A DNA stretch of 61,882 bases, the filler included, from Globobulimina sp. (lineage: Eukaryota): NCBI GenBank assembly GCA_003354225.1. It is 11 parts of 11 records of this genome, joined end to end, with 100 filler letters (N's around TTAATTAATTAA, not from the genome) between each part and the next. Parts side by side here need not be neighbours in the genome. Positions count along the whole stretch, not along the records: positions 11,295 to 16,835 come from PIVH01000520.1; positions 16,936 to 22,476 come from PIVH01000521.1; 9 more parts are not named here. One strand, written 5' to 3'. This document shows positions 11,295 through 22,476 of this stretch, piece after piece. Position 1 is the stretch's first letter, and every line of letters starts with the position of its first letter. A program made the translations under genes and the position numbers. The notes under the pieces are model-generated. The model saw only the letters and a list, made by a program, of their open reading frames with translations. It had not been told where the DNA came from and searched no databases.

Positions 11295-14200
11295 ATATCA
11301 TATGACTGGAAATTGACAAAATCATCTCTTGATTCATAGAAACAATGAGATTTATATTTGGTTACAACATCGTCAGCAGCCACAATATGCATCATAGTGT
11401 AGGATGAGTCAATATGTTTACTCTCAATATAAACCAACCCATTTTTGTCAGGCACTAAATTCAATAATAATTTAGAAGTTGTTTTTAAAAAATCGAAATT
11501 TACAAAATCATAATCTTTCCATTCCAATCCACTGTCACCGTTTTCATATTTTTGCCGCTCCGCTACAGCACGTCTAAAAGGTTTAGGTTTAGGTTTTTGA
11601 GAAACATTCTTCCATTTACTGCCTGGTTTAGGTTTTGGAGCTGCTATAAATATATTACTTCTTTCTAATGGTTTGACCAAAAACGATGGTTTTGAGATGA
11701 AATTACTATGATATCTTTTTCCTTTTTTTCTGTCCAAACAATATCTATATTCTTCACTTATTTTACGTTTATCTGTATATTGACATTTCATTATTGCTTC
11801 AAATTGACCATTGATCAATGAGTTTGAAAATGTTTTTAAATATTTTAATACAGGAAATCGTGGGTAAAAATGTGTGAATATCACATGAACTCTGGTTAAA
11901 TCCGTAAATCCTCTCAATTTTACTTCAAATCCTTGCTTTGTCGATCCGTTAATTTGTGAAATTTGCAAAGGTGTGAACGGCGATAATTGCATGTAATATT
12001 TATCAAATAAAGATAAGTTTAACGCTTTTGAATCTGTTGGTTGCTCGACATTTTGTTCCAATTTTGTATCTTCGCCATCGTCAATTTTGTTATTGGTTGC
12101 TGGTAAAACAACGATGCGACAATTTGAAATATTTGGATTTAATGAGGAAAGGATATATTCTCCGTGTTTAAGATTAAATATTTTCAAATATCCGTCTTTT
12201 GTGATCGCAGTGGATTCTTTTTCATATTTTGCAGAATAAAATGAATCAAACAAACAATAATTTGTGTCTTTAATGTGGCCATTATTATAACCATGATTTA
12301 ACGCAATATATATCGGATTATCTTCATCCATATAATGCGTACTCAATTCGTTGTATTCATCATTATTAACGATTTCCCATTGATTTTTGGCAGCAATTTG
12401 TTGTCCGCGTTTTGTTTTTGGCGCAATTATAATATGTGTTACTCCGTAATAATACGGAATATATATTTGACCATTTTCAGCTGTTTGGAGTGTGAAATTG
12501 AATCCATTTTTAAAATAAAAATGTGACAATGTAACGACACATAATACATTAGATATTGCTTCACCGTTTTTGCCTAATAATGAAATAATACAATCGCCAT
12601 TTTTGCATTTATTTAAATGGAATGAAGCGAATTTAAGTGTTTCTTCAATTTGCTTAATCAAAAATGTTTTGTTGAATGAAACAAAGTTTTCTTTTCGTTT
12701 GACAAACCCTGATAATTTTACATTTATTTGCCTCGCGTTGTTTGGTACAATAAATTCAACAAAACTATCTTTGCTATCTTTTAATTTCAACGCATTGAAT
12801 GTTTTATTAACCTCAACATCATCGGTGCATTTTATATTAATTTGTACTGTCACATTTTGCAATAATTTAATATCAATTTTTTTGATTTTATTGCGATTGA
12901 ATGATGATTGAATAAATAAGCAACATCTCATCAATAATTTAGCCTTTTGTTTGGTTATTAATTGTTCCCTGTTCATATAAATGGAGCCTTTAAATAAATA
13001 CATTTCTTTTGAATGGTTAAAACATGCTAAAACATTAAAGTTTGGATCATCGGCTCTTTGTATAATTATTTCTTGTTTGCTGTCTTTTGTTGTAAATGGA
13101 ACGTAAACAGTATTTGTATTATCATTTGACGACGTGAATGAATGTCCATTCATCCAAACTGACATTGAATTGGTTTCGTTTTTTGTGATCATTTTGTTGT
13201 TTTCATCAAAAAATATAAATGAATGTCCAGAATAACATATGTTTTCGATGTATTTTATTGATCCGATCTTTATTAATGATCGAGTTTGATATCCATTAAA
13301 TATACAATCTACAATATACACACCTCTTTTATGCAATAATTCAGATGGAAATGATACAACATATTCTTTAATTTCATATTTATTTATAACTTGATTTATA
13401 TTAATTGAATATGAATATTTTGCATTTAATCCATTTAAATTCATTCCAATATCAAATTCTTTCAATTGATCCCTATAAAATGACAACGTATTCATTTCAA
13501 AGATTGATACCAATATTTCTTTGCAATGTGGATCATTAAATAAATTCTTTACTGTCAAATGTAAACTTATTTCTTCATCGTTTATACCATAAATCTGTTT
13601 GTTTTTAATTGGACAAAATTTAAATATTGTCTCGTTCTCCAATTTATTAATAATATCCATTGAACAATACTTGCTTTTGCTCTCCAATCCATTTATTAAT
13701 AAAACTGGTGCGTTTTCAATTAATGTTCTTAATGTTTTTATATTCTGATTTGTGTTGCAATCACCAGATAATAATAATTGTTTTAATTGCATTATTTTTA
13801 TATATCTTTCATCAATGAATTCACTTAAACTCGCTTGCAATGCTTCATTTTTACGATTACCAATCCATTGTTGCAGCCATTCGGAATTTAATCGCATTTT
13901 TGTTTTTTGCAGAGCTTGAATCCAATTATTCTCTCGCACAAAATATGACAAATATAACTGAACCACATCATAGTCATTGTCCGCCAAATATGTCATTTGC
14001 CATTTATTGGCAACAATGGTGATGCTATCAATATGGCCACATGTTTCAAATGCATTTTTGTATATGTTGTTAATGAAATTATTCCACATTTCAGCATTAT
14101 AATGGGATTTCTTTGGTATTTTAATATATTCCATAAATAATTCCAAGTCATATTCTAAATGATGTGCTTGTTTGAATAAAAGATAATTACAACATATATT

Positions 14201-15287
14201 TGCTATTGTTTTGTGTGAAAATAGAGCGTGTTTATCCGTCATAACAAACGTTATTAGAATTTCATAGCATTGTAATGCTAATTCCAAGGGTAAGAAATTA
14301 ATAAAATCATCTTTCACATCACATCGATTTAAATAAAATGACACATGGATTGGGAGCAGTTTTTGCTGTACAAACACACGTCATTGTTGTCATACAATTA
14401 CACAAATTAAAACATACCATATACAAAGTTAAAAATGCTTGGTTGGACCATAAGTTTGGTAATGTAGCACTTAACGCATTTAATTGAAGCAATGTAAAGT
14501 TGCAATATTGACAAATATTATTAAATGTCAATGATGAATGTTTCATTAATAATGCACATAAATCCATTCTATTTGACATTGAGATCGCATTGCTGTCTTT
14601 TGATAATATAAATAAATCCAATAAAACATTTGCATTCTTTTCATAATCTTTTTCGAGTAATAATGGTAAACCTAGTTCGCTGAAATACCTTTTTATATCT
14701 CCTTTTGTTTCACATTTAATAAATATTTGATTCAGTTCATTTTCAAAATTAAAATCATTCAAAGCATTGGATATTTGTTGAGTATCATCATATACATTAT
14801 CAGGAATACCATACGCTGCATCCCTTGCTTTTGAATGGTTGAATTTTACACCAATTTTATTTATCAATATGTCATATATATCTTCGTTATTTTTTTCATC
14901 ATCGATACCAATTTGAATATATTGTGAAAGAAATAATTTTCTTAATTTATGTCGAAATGCTAACACCGAAAGAGCGTTGCTCGGATTTTCGGATTTATAG
15001 ATGATTGAATTGGCCTCGTTTAACAATGACATAATTACAACTTTATCATTTTCACCGATCTCATTCAATCCATTTTTATTTTTATCATATTTCATTAAAA
15101 TGGATGTTATTTCGTGTTCAATTTGCACTAAATAATATTTGCTGTGTTCATCTGAACCAAATATTAACGATGAATTAATTACTTGATCATCTTGTTTTGT
15201 TTCATCGTTTTGAGCAATCTGTAACAATTTTCTTCTGTTTGAGGCTAAAACAAATTGTTCCAGATTATTGAAGGCTATGTCTGCCAT
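11295..15287 (-). CDS. Very large uncharacterised protein, 3' truncated; exons 15287-14418 and 14365-contig end; resembles a large conserved family recalled from Planctomycetes and some protists
   Basis: Two ORFs joined in frame by a GT-AG intron 14417-14366; motifs EQFVLASNR, FEMNTLSFYR..MNLNGL, RGVYIVD..NG...RSLIKIG, ISLLGKNGE, SEEYRYCLDR. Confidence 0.75.
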
Positions 15288-15316
15288 TGCTAGCCAAGTT
15301 TTGATGAGTTAATTTG

Positions 15317-16435
15317 ATGGGGTGTTATCTATTAAAACTCATCAGTCGTTTAGTGATCATGTGCGCTTGGACAACATCTTCAGAGAGCTCGAGTTTAATA
15401 AAGATTCTATCGCTTCCAAAAGTGTTGGCATTATTTATAGTATTATCATTGTTATATGTGTTGGCATTATCTAATATTTTTAAGTTTAATTTGATTGCAT
15501 CAGAAACAGAAATTGTTAACAGCGCAAACTTAAGAAATACAACAGGAATTACGGATAATTATAATTTGGAGCATGAATCTTACAGAAAAATATTACATAT
15601 TGCAAGTTCAGGATGTGTAGGATCATCATACACTGCCTTTGAATTGGATAAACATCCAAAGGTTAAGATATTTCATGAACCATTCAATCCATATTTTACA
15701 GGACATCATAGGAAGCCTATGCATTATGGGCTGATTAATTGTTTTTTCTTGAATCAATGCAATGAATCTGAACATTTTCATGTTTATAGATTAGTAAAAG
15801 CTGCATTGATGGCCAGATCTAAAAAACCAATGTCTGTGATATCCAAATATTTGAATGATTTCAACCTTTCTGTTGGATTCAAAACCGTTCAATTTACGAG
15901 ATTTGATTTGATTGAGGAATACGTGCTAAGTCATGATGAATATGAATACATTGCCAATCATTATTATATTTTGTTGCTAGTGCGGGATCCGAGGGGGACA
16001 TGGAATTCATGCCAAAAGTTTGCGAATTGGCAAGAGAGCAATCCACGCAAACTATGCTCAAAATATATGGAAATGTTTTATGAAATGAAGGATTTGGTCA
16101 AGAAACATTCAAACATTCATGTTATTGCAATTTATTATGAATATATGGCTTCTTTATATCCAAACGAATATAGGCATTTAATGTACACATTCTTTGATTT
16201 GCCAACAAATATTTCAATCCAAACGGATTTAGCTGGCATTAATAAAGAAAAGGAAGAATATGGAAATAAATCAGTTAAGTTTGAATACGCAAAAAGATGG
16301 TTTCAAGAATTGAATTTCTCTCAAATTGAAATGATACAAAATATTGAAAATTGTTCGCAATGGATTGAAACATTTGGATATAAAATGGTTGATCGCAAAG
16401 CTTATGAGACAAAGACTTTTAAATTTTTCCCATAA
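15317..16435 (+). CDS. Golgi-type (type II membrane) carbohydrate sulfotransferase
   Basis: N-terminal TM; degenerate 5'-PSB loop ASSGCVGSS, FHEP, 3'-PB motif LLVRDPRG..NS, YE..A..P, FGY. Confidence 0.85.
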   Translation: MGCYLLKLISRLVIMCAWTTSSESSSLIKILSLPKVLALFIVLSLLYVLALSNIFKFNLIASETEIVNSANLRNTTGITDNYNLEHESYRKILHIASSGCVGSSYTAFELDKHPKVKIFHEPFNPYFTGHHRKPMHYGLINCFFLNQCNESEHFHVYRLVKAALMARSKKPMSVISKYLNDFNLSVGFKTVQFTRFDLIEEYVLSHDEYEYIANHYYILLLVRDPRGTWNSCQKFANWQESNPRKLCSKYMEMFYEMKDLVKKHSNIHVIAIYYEYMASLYPNEYRHLMYTFFDLPTNISIQTDLAGINKEKEEYGNKSVKFEYAKRWFQELNFSQIEMIQNIENCSQWIETFGYKMVDRKAYETKTFKFFP

Positions 16436-16935
16436 TCAGTGGCTACATAGAGACCATCAGTGGCTCTTTCATACCCAAAATGCCACCATACCCAAAATAG
16501 ATGAAATTGTCAACCTAACAAGTGCAATATCCAACGACACGCCAGCAATTTTCGGATTTACTGACCGGGATTTGATGCTTGTGATGACATCCTGTAAATA
16601 TTGATATTTCAGCAAATTCATCTCGCGGAAATTGTGTCCATATCTTGATCGCCTCGATTTGTTTGTAAGGAACTGACCTTTTATCCTAAATCCTCTTGAT
16701 TTATTGTATCTAACTTATTAGGTACTCCTTACTTTAAAACTTTACTTAAAAAACCCTTAGTTCAACCCTAGAACCAGGCTCGACCTACTACATTTGGTGC
16801 TCATTCCATTCTTAACTGTAACCGTACAGTCCAACNNNNNNNNNNNNNNNNNNNNNNNNNNNNNNNNNNNNNNNNNNNNTTAATTAATTAANNNNNNNNN
16901 NNNNNNNNNNNNNNNNNNNNNNNNNNNNNNNNNNN

Positions 16936-17244
16936 GACTCTTTTGTATTTATTGATGTCTTTTCTGATTAAAAATAAGAAATCCTCCACACGAACAGTAC
17001 GCTCATTTGTATCAGCCAGATTTTGCGCTTCTATACAAAATGATTGAATAAAATCAGTTATTATGTATTCCATTAATTGAACAGATTCTGGCAGCGGATT
17101 CTCATCATCACCACCACCATACATCATTTTTGCTAAGCTTGTGTGAAATGCTTTTGCTTTTCTCAATTGTTTTTGTGCTTCTTTATCATCATCCAATGTT
17201 GATGGCATTAATGCAGCCAAATCATCATCAATATCCATGCTCAT
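16936..17244 (-). CDS. TAF13: TFIID subunit TAF13, 3' truncated
   Basis: MMYGGGDDENPLPESVQLME and VEDFLFLIRKD..KY.RV histone-fold signature. Confidence 0.92.
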
Positions 17245-17286
17245 TATTTAATGTAAGATTTTTAAGTATTATCAAAATACAACATC

Positions 17287-17988
17287 ATGGCACAACAAAC
17301 CAAAAAGGAATTCATTGTTGAAACACCATCCTGGAATTTTGCAGTGGTTATATGTCGTAATAAAGACGGCAAGTATTTGGCTGTCAATGAGACAAGAAAT
17401 CGAGGATGGTTTGTTTGTTTGTTTTAAATGCCAGATACATTTCATTGATTTGATATTCATATCAGGTGGGTACCAGCAGGGGTTTGTTAAATAAATTAAT
17501 AGTCAGAAATATGTACATAAGATAATAACAATTACAAACAGTTTGTTGATCCATGTGAATCTTTTTATGAAGGAGGTGTGCGGGAAACACAAGAAGAGGC
17601 CGGCATTGGTGTTGAGATAAAAGGGATATTGAGAGTTGAATATAGCAGAGACAATTATGGATCGCAAAGTAGTGCAAGAATGAGAGTAATATTTTATGCT
17701 GAACCTAAAGATGAAAATCAAAAACCAAAAAGTGTACCAGACAAGGAATCATTAGAAGGAAGATACGTTACAGTTAAAGAATTTCAACAATTGGGCAATA
17801 TACGTGGACCGGAGTTGATTGAATGGGGTCTATACATTGATAATGGAGGTTTGATATATCCATTGGAATTCTTTACAGAGTGTTTCATGCGACCAGCTGT
17901 TCCCGATTATGCCATGGAGCATATTAAAAATTGTGATAATCACATAAATCTGGTTGGTAACAAGAACAAGGACTGCAATTTATTGTGA
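17287..17988 (+). CDS. NUDIX hydrolase (NUDT18-like), two introns near 17410-17465 and 17482-17540
   Basis: Spliced frame gives WWVPAG-FVDPCESFYEGGVRETQEEAG, a complete Nudix box. Confidence 0.88.
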
Positions 17989-18044
17989 TTGAGGGAAAAA
18001 CGATCGAAGCACTAGCTACAACTATCACTATTAAATTAAAGTCA

Positions 18045-21032
18045 CTATTTCTCGTCTTTTTTATCATCCATCATATTCATAGGTTCCTTATGTTTCGCCC
18101 ATTGTTTTAAATTGTCGTTTAAATTATGAATTAATAATTTAATATCGTTGTTTAATAATTTATTTAATGGTTGGAAATATGGCAACATAACATATGTAAT
18201 CCAGCCACACTGTGATTTTTCCAATGGATGTTGCCTACTCAACAATAATTGCGATGGTTGGCCAAATAATTTGGTTTCATCATCGCCTTGAATTCTAAAC
18301 TCATTTACACATCTTTTTGCCCATTCTACACATAACAATCTTGCTTTTGCTGCATTACTAATATCACACGCATGAAAAATGCAGCATAATAACTTAATTT
18401 TATCCTCTTCACTCAATTCCATATTATTTGATATTTTCTCGTGTAATCCAGATTCCTTCATTTCATGTAAATGTTTCTTATGTAATGACATATCTGTCGA
18501 CAAAATTAATCCAATTAAATATTTCCTTGCGGTTTCAATTAATTTATCATCTCTTAAATCCGCAATCCAATTATAATCATTTGAGAATGCTATTAATTTG
18601 AATGAATATGAAATGTGGTGGTTTTCTAATATAGATTGGTCGTTGTATCGCATCGCCAAATATGATTTTGTCCGAGCATGATATGAATTATTTTTGCCAT
18701 CATGGTCAACATCGTGAACAGCGGCGGCCATTAACATAATAAATCTATCAAATGAATTCAAATATTTTGCGGAACTTAAACAGCTGCAATTAGTGAGAAA
18801 CCAATACGTATTATTCACCACATCGCAAGCATGGTATTTATTGTGATACGAATTGTTTCCATCATATGATTCTTGGATTTCATATAAAAAATTAATTAAT
18901 TTATTTGCAGATATTCCAAATTCATTATGATAATTATTTATTTTTATTAAATGCCATACTAACAATACAAGACAATTTCCTTCGATTTTACTATCTTTTC
19001 CAAATGAAATTGCATCAAAATCCCATGATAATGCACTCCAATATTTTGCCTCAATCTCTTCGTCACATTCAAGCGCCACAATCTTTTCTACAAAACCTAT
19101 TTTTATTTCTCGCGCTCGGATTCTTAACGATTCTCGTTTCTTATTTCTGAGTCCGACCTCCATAATATTTGCAATTGGCTTATTATTATCATCATCCTCT
19201 TCATCATCCTCCTCATCACTTACATAGTTATTAGCAACTTCAATTAGTAAATGCGTTAATTGTTGTTTAAATTGGGTGTCATCGCCAATTGTTCCCATCA
19301 TATTATTAAACTGTTGTTGTAACTCATTATTGCAATCATCCAAAACCTCCTTAATACAGCTCTTGTTTCTATTATGTCCTCTGCTTCGAGTATCTGCTAA
19401 ACATTTAATTATTTTATCATACATTTCATTGTATAATACAACATGTTTACCATTTAATTTATTGTCAAATAACTGTTTCATTAAACTTATCCCATCACAA
19501 ATATCATTTGCATCAATTCTTTTTGATGCTAATTTTAACCAATTTGCTGCTGATAATCGTAATCTATCATTTTCTTCATTTTCTTGATTCGAATTCGAAT
19601 TCGAATTCGTTTCACTTTCTGTATCTTTATCAGTGTCATCCTCATCGTCAAACGAAGGCAAGACGTTATTTTCGATTTCATTTAATAACGATTTTAAATT
19701 ATTGATTAATGTTTTTTTAATCAGGTCCGCTTTTTTATATTTTAACTGAAACTCAATTAATGCATCACTCATATTTTGAAGATGAGAAATATTATGATTT
19801 GATGGTTTCGATGGTTTTGATCTTCGATGATGTGCTCTACTTTTTAATTCTTTATCTGTTAAATGCAAATATTTCCTATCTTCATCTCTCTCTTTTAAAT
19901 CATCACTGTGTATTATTAGTGTTGCATTGGAAGCAAAATCAATCTCATTCTCATTATCATTCTCCATTATTCTGTCTGTTACTGATTGGCATATTAAATA
20001 TTCACCATCCTCCTCCTCCTCCTCCTCGTTTTCACCATCATTTGTATTTAATCGCAATTCATGCATTAATTCAAATAAGTTGGTTAATCCTGCTTTGATT
20101 TCAATAATTTTATTTTCATATTTTGGTTGTAATATTTTTGTTTCATTTTCTTTCTTTTTTTCTTCTTGTTTTTGTTGAATTTGTGCAATTTGCGGAATGG
20201 AAGTGGTTGATTTTCTGCTCCATTTATATTTATATTCAGGGCGATTTAATAAACGTTTTTGTGAATTACTTGATGCATAAAAACTTTTCGATCGGTCATA
20301 CTGTTTATTATATCTTTGACCTTTTCTATATTTTGAATGCGTAAAATAATCACCATGTCTTTTATTATTATGACTATAATTATTATCCTTACTGCTATGA
20401 CTATGACTGATCTCCTCCTGAAAATTAAAATAATTTGCATTTTGCTGTTGAAATATATTTGTATTTATCGCTTTTTTATTTGGTGTATTATTAATAATTG
20501 TTTGTGTGTAATTTTTACATCGATTATCCCAATAAACTAATTCTTTCGATTCATGTGAATTTTGTGCATTGACAATGCATAAAAAATCAATAGTATTTTG
20601 AATATTTTTTAAAACATTGATTGAGACATTATTATTATTATTATTCTCAATCAAGATACGAATAAAAGACGATATGGCTTCATCTAATAATTGTAAATTG
20701 GTGGATGATTTGTTTAATATGGTATTGGTAATAAACTTTGAATCCTTATAATAAATTAAACACAAATAAACATTTCCAGACTCCATTATTATTTTGCCAT
20801 AAACATTGATGTTCCCATTTAACATAATTGAACATTGTAATTCATTTATTGAATATTTATTTGAAATAAGTTGAGAATATGAACCAATTGAGGAATAATT
20901 TGTGTTTTCAAACAGGGCTGATATCTCTTGATATGATGAATATAATTCAATTATCACTTTTTTTGGTTGTAATTGTGATGAACGACGATTGTAATTGTTT
21001 GGTGGTACGCGTAAAACACAAAAGCTAATCAT
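18045..21032 (-). CDS. Class I 3',5'-cyclic nucleotide phosphodiesterase with long low-complexity N-terminus
   Basis: YHNKYHACDV, AAAVHDVDHDG.NN, SILENHH, LILSTDM, HACDISN, EF..QGD.E. Confidence 0.95.
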   Translation of the reverse strand: MISFCVLRVPPNNYNRRSSQLQPKKVIIELYSSYQEISALFENTNYSSIGSYSQLISNKYSINELQCSIMLNGNINVYGKIIMESGNVYLCLIYYKDSKFITNTILNKSSTNLQLLDEAISSFIRILIENNNNNNVSINVLKNIQNTIDFLCIVNAQNSHESKELVYWDNRCKNYTQTIINNTPNKKAINTNIFQQQNANYFNFQEEISHSHSSKDNNYSHNNKRHGDYFTHSKYRKGQRYNKQYDRSKSFYASSNSQKRLLNRPEYKYKWSRKSTTSIPQIAQIQQKQEEKKKENETKILQPKYENKIIEIKAGLTNLFELMHELRLNTNDGENEEEEEEDGEYLICQSVTDRIMENDNENEIDFASNATLIIHSDDLKERDEDRKYLHLTDKELKSRAHHRRSKPSKPSNHNISHLQNMSDALIEFQLKYKKADLIKKTLINNLKSLLNEIENNVLPSFDDEDDTDKDTESETNSNSNSNQENEENDRLRLSAANWLKLASKRIDANDICDGISLMKQLFDNKLNGKHVVLYNEMYDKIIKCLADTRSRGHNRNKSCIKEVLDDCNNELQQQFNNMMGTIGDDTQFKQQLTHLLIEVANNYVSDEEDDEEDDDNNKPIANIMEVGLRNKKRESLRIRAREIKIGFVEKIVALECDEEIEAKYWSALSWDFDAISFGKDSKIEGNCLVLLVWHLIKINNYHNEFGISANKLINFLYEIQESYDGNNSYHNKYHACDVVNNTYWFLTNCSCLSSAKYLNSFDRFIMLMAAAVHDVDHDGKNNSYHARTKSYLAMRYNDQSILENHHISYSFKLIAFSNDYNWIADLRDDKLIETARKYLIGLILSTDMSLHKKHLHEMKESGLHEKISNNMELSEEDKIKLLCCIFHACDISNAAKARLLCVEWAKRCVNEFRIQGDDETKLFGQPSQLLLSRQHPLEKSQCGWITYVMLPYFQPLNKLLNNDIKLLIHNLNDNLKQWAKHKEPMNMMDDKKDEK

Positions 21033-21078
21033 TGCGTTTACAGTTTTAGGCTAATAGGATTTTTTGTTTTGAAATTAA

Positions 21079-21536
21079 TGAAAATGGCAACGAATGATGC
21101 GGTCAGTCCAACACTACGAGATCCAGAGAGCAAACGACAAGAATTTGCTAAAGCTTTATTTGATACTTTAGCTCCAGCAGTAAGACAATGCGACGAAGTC
21201 GTAAGGGGTGTATTTCAAAGTCAAAATAAAGTATTGACAGAATTATCAAATCTAGAACAAAGTCTGTCAATTTTATAAGTTGAAACATTATTCATTTATA
21301 TAGATTAATATTTATTTTTAATAGTATTGAATCAATGGAAACAACAGGATCAGAAAAAAAAATCAGAGAAAACTGAAAAGCAACAAAAATTTGAACAATA
21401 CGTTAAAAAGTTGGAATATGTGCGTGGTAAAGTTGATAATACATCGGAGCAAATAAATGTGATTCATAAACGATTGAACGATATGCGGGAATTGATCAAG
21501 AAAAAAAGTGGCAATAAAAACCTTGATTTGTGGTAA
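21079..21536 (+). CDS. SNAPIN: Snapin (BLOC-1/BORC subunit); intron 21262-21324
   Basis: FAKALFDTLAPAVRQCDE.V..VFQSQ..., YVKKL..VR.KV......I..RL; the two ORFs join in frame across a GT-AG intron. Confidence 0.8.
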
Positions 21537-21704
21537 CTTGTAACATACTAAAATGTCAATTTCATTATCTGGCACTTTACCACTTCAGTTTGTTGGAGTA
21601 AATAATATGAACATACAGCCTTTGGCATTGATTTCTTAGTGTTTTGAAGAAGAAGAAGAACAGAAAGTTTTTTAATTCACTGCACTGAAAATGTATTATA
21701 CGAC

Positions 21705-22476
21705 ATGAAGAATCAGTTGGCCTGGCCACATACACCGAGGGATTACGAATGGAGAGGAACCATCAGAGAGACTAAATTAACAACGAAATTTCTGGCTTAT
21801 TGCGTTCCGCGTGCCGAAAAAGTCATTGTTGAAAGTGTGCATCCGTTATATTTTTGTTTCTTGTTTTTGTAAACAACCACTATACAATTAACACAGTCAA
21901 AAATATCGAAATGATGTGGGATATGAATGAAATTGATAAATATTTTGGAAAAATCCACGAAATTATGAGTATACGGCATGATAATGTTTTATCGCCATGT
22001 CATACATTTGAGCATAAATCAGAAATATGGATAATATATCCTTTATTATCAGGCGGTTCATTATCCGAATTATTTAAAAATGATTATCTTAAAGGATTTC
22101 CAGATGAAGACGTTGTAGGTACAATATTGTATGATGTGGCCTGCGGTTTGAATGCCATACAGAATTCATCACAATTACTCCATAAAAATATACGTTCCTC
22201 TTCGATACATATGTGCAAACTCACTGGCAAAGCGTTGTTAAAAAACTTTAATTCCATTATTTCCATCAATAAACAATATGAAAAGAATGCAAATATTAAT
22301 GTTGCAAATCAATTCGAAAATGATATATATAGCTTTGGTATGTTAGCAATGGAATTATGTTGCGCATATTTACCAATTGCAAATAAACAGATTTTAGATA
22401 CTCATAATAATAATGATAACAACACCAATATTTCTTTTGACGATTACGAAACAAAATGCACGTTTGATGATTATCA
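21705..22476 (+). CDS. STE20-family (OSR1/SPAK-like) pseudokinase, 3' truncated; intron near 21835-21896
   Basis: WPHTPRDYE, AYCVPRAEKV, RHDNVL, EIWIIYPLLSGGSL, DIYSFGMLAMEL; HRD is HKN and DFG is NFN. Confidence 0.8.
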
